Below are positions 61,325 through 64,000 of a stretch of DNA of 64,000 bases, piece by piece. Where the stretch lies: assembly GCA_964016885.1 (NCBI GenBank), contig OZ024758.1:30690001-30754000 (forward strand), given 5' to 3'. The position numbers and the translations under genes are program-made. Under the pieces are notes generated by a model, which saw nothing but the letters and a program-made list of their open reading frames with translations, had not been told where the DNA came from and searched no databases. Position 1 is the first letter of the stretch; the number at the start of each line of letters is the position of its first letter. The DNA is from Eledone cirrhosa. Its lineage: Eukaryota.

Positions 61325-61520
61325 TACATATATATATATGTATATACATGTATATATATATGTATATATATGCATATATATATATATGTATGTATATGTG
61401 TGTATATGTATATGTGTGTATATGTATATGTGTGTATATGTATATGTGTGTATATGTATATGTGTATATATATATATGTGTGTATATGTATATGTGTATA
61501 TATATATATGTGTGTATATA

Positions 61521-61561
<41 letters not shown>

Positions 61562-61592
61562 ATATGTATACATATATTTATATATATGAATA

Positions 61593-61627
<35 letters not shown>

Positions 61628-61763
61628 GTATATACATGTATATATATATGTATATGTATATATATGCATATATATATATATATGTACGTATATGTGTGTA
61701 TATATATATGTATGTATATGTGTGTATATATATAGTGTATATATATATATATGTGTGTATATA

Positions 61764-61802
<39 letters not shown>

Positions 61803-61827
61803 ATATGTATACATATATTTATATATA

Positions 61828-61866
<39 letters not shown>

Positions 61867-62612
61867 GCGAAGGGTAACCTGGAAAGCAGGGCATGCAGTC
61901 CAATCGCCATGGCGGAAAGTGGGGCTGTGCAGTCTTAACCCCCCCCCCCCAATTCCCTCTCCCGGTCAAAGCCACATGTAGTGTTATCTAGTGTGTGTGT
62001 GTGTATCTGTGTGTGTGTGTGTGTGTGTGTGTTATCTTTTTATGTGTCTACGATTTAGTAAGCAGTCAAAATTCTGCTTGCTTCAACCGACGCAATTGAT
62101 GAACTCAAGATTCTATAACGCATGCACTGCATGTGTTGCATGCACGGACCCTTCGTCCCTGGTATATATATGTATACATATATGTATGTATATGTATACA
62201 TATATGTATGTATATGTATACATATATGTATGTATATGTATACATATATGTATGTATATGTATACATATATGTATGTATATGTATACATATATGTATACA
62301 TATATGTATACATATATGTATATATATGTATACATATATGTATACATATATGTATACATATATGTATATATATACATATATGTATGTATATGTATATATA
62401 TATGTATACATATATGTATATATATACATATATGTATGTATATGTATATATATATATGTATACATATATGTATATATATATGTATACATATATGTATATA
62501 TATACATATATGTATGTATATGTATATATATATATGTAAACATATATGTATACATATATGTATGTATATGTATGCATATATGTATACATATATGTATATA
62601 TATACATATATG

Positions 62613-62649
<37 letters not shown>

Positions 62650-63239
62650 ACATATATGTATACATATATGTATATATATGTAAACATATATGTATACATA
62701 TATGTATGTATATGTATACATATATGTATACATATATGTATATATATACATATATGTATGTATATATATCATATATATATATATATGTATACATATATGT
62801 ATACATATATGTATACATATATGTATACACATATGTGTTCTCAGAAATACATGTGTGAATATATACACATAGGGTTTTGTGTGTGTTCGTGTGTGTATGT
62901 CTGTGTGTGTGTGTGTGTTCGTTCATGAGTGTGTATATGTGTATATAACTGAATATTCAAAGTCACTGAAGGGGGATCTTCTGGCGTTGTGGGTCCCAAA
63001 CAGCGACCCTACTTGCTACCCTCCTATGGAGTTGGTCATCCGTACGAGTGAATCACCCCTCCCAGTTGAAATGACTTCCAGCGCTGATATCTTCCGGGGT
63101 AATGTTCTAATCTGTCTGGTGGGACCCTCCGTACGTCGGAGAGGCAGAGCCGATGAGTGGTAAGAGGGTGGCATGTCAACGTTTCATCAACTATTTAGTC
63201 TTGTAACTATTGGTCACGATATCCGTACATATATACATA

Positions 63240-64000
63240 CACGAGGATTTGAGCGTCTTCACAGACGATTGCCGTCCCTTATTGGTTCTTCATTGTCATC
63301 CCATCCCTCCGTGACTTCGTAGGTGACTTTGTAGGCCAGCTGTAGATCTACCTTGTTTACGACACAGGTGACAGAAGAGAGTTCTAGTTACCACAGGACT
63401 GGTGGTGTCACCCTGTGGGACTTCTAGGTGACTTTGTAGGCCAGCTGTAGATCTACATTGTTTACGACACAGGTGACAGAAGAGAGTTATAATTTCTACA
63501 GGACTGGTGGTGTCACCCTGTAGAACTTCGTAGGTGACGTTGTAGGCCAGCTGTAGATCTACATTGTTTACGACACACAGGTGACAGTAGAGAGTTCTAA
63601 TTACCACAGGACTGGTGGTGTCACCCTGTGGGACTTCTCAGGTGACTGTGTAGGCCAGCTGTAGATCTACATTGTTTACGACACAGGTGACAGAAGAGAG
63701 TTCTAGTTACCACAGGACTGGTGGTGTCACCCTGTGGGACTTCTAGGTGACTTTGTAGGCCAGCTGTAGATCTACCTTGTTTACGACACAGGTGACAGAA
63801 GAGAGTTCTAGTTACCACAGGACTGGTGGTGTCACCCTGTGGGACTTCTAGGTGACTTTGTAGGCCAGCTGTAGATCTACCTTGTTTACGACACAGGTGA
63901 CAGAAGAGAGTTCTAGTTACCACAGGACTGGTGGTGTCACCCTGTGGGACACAATCTTTATGTACCACCACGTGTCTTTTTAGTCTGGAAGTAGTTCTAC
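63240..64000 (-). mobile_element. 3' end of an RTE-like LINE whose C-terminal zinc-finger segment is amplified as a 105 bp tandem repeat (about 6 copies, 63320-63950)
   Basis: Unit encodes VPQGDTTSPVVTRTLFCHLCRKQ(G/C)RSTAGLQSHLE; last unit ends SHLRSHGGMG*; upstream RTTSRLKRHVVVH; short 3' UTR with atcgtc...gacg. Confidence 0.65.

Overview
Eukaryotic, AT-rich, microsatellite-saturated animal DNA. The repeat repertoire resembles an octopod cephalopod, which is an inference. I recognise no intact host gene, and almost all ORF-track entries are translations of (TA)n/(CA)n/(CACG)n repeats. The unique sequence is mostly retroelement debris: one near-full-length Penelope-like element (PLE; RT + GIY-YIG, direct pseudo-LTRs, 27386-31168), three truncated PLEs (two Hydra-clade-like, one Neptune-like), fragments of R4/Dong, CRE and RTE LINEs, Helitron pieces, over ten tRNA-derived SINE copies, and 38, 58 and 105 bp minisatellites. 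The main hidden signal is about 25 type I hammerhead ribozyme motifs (or halves) from about 12 distinct short PLE-end families inserted in (TA)n. Many sit in fold-back palindromes, several have variant cores (U3-A8, U4C) or very long stem II inserts, and many are followed by a shared ACTC-stem-NN-GAGT bulged hairpin just before the (TA)n junction. All structures were read by eye and none were tested computationally.
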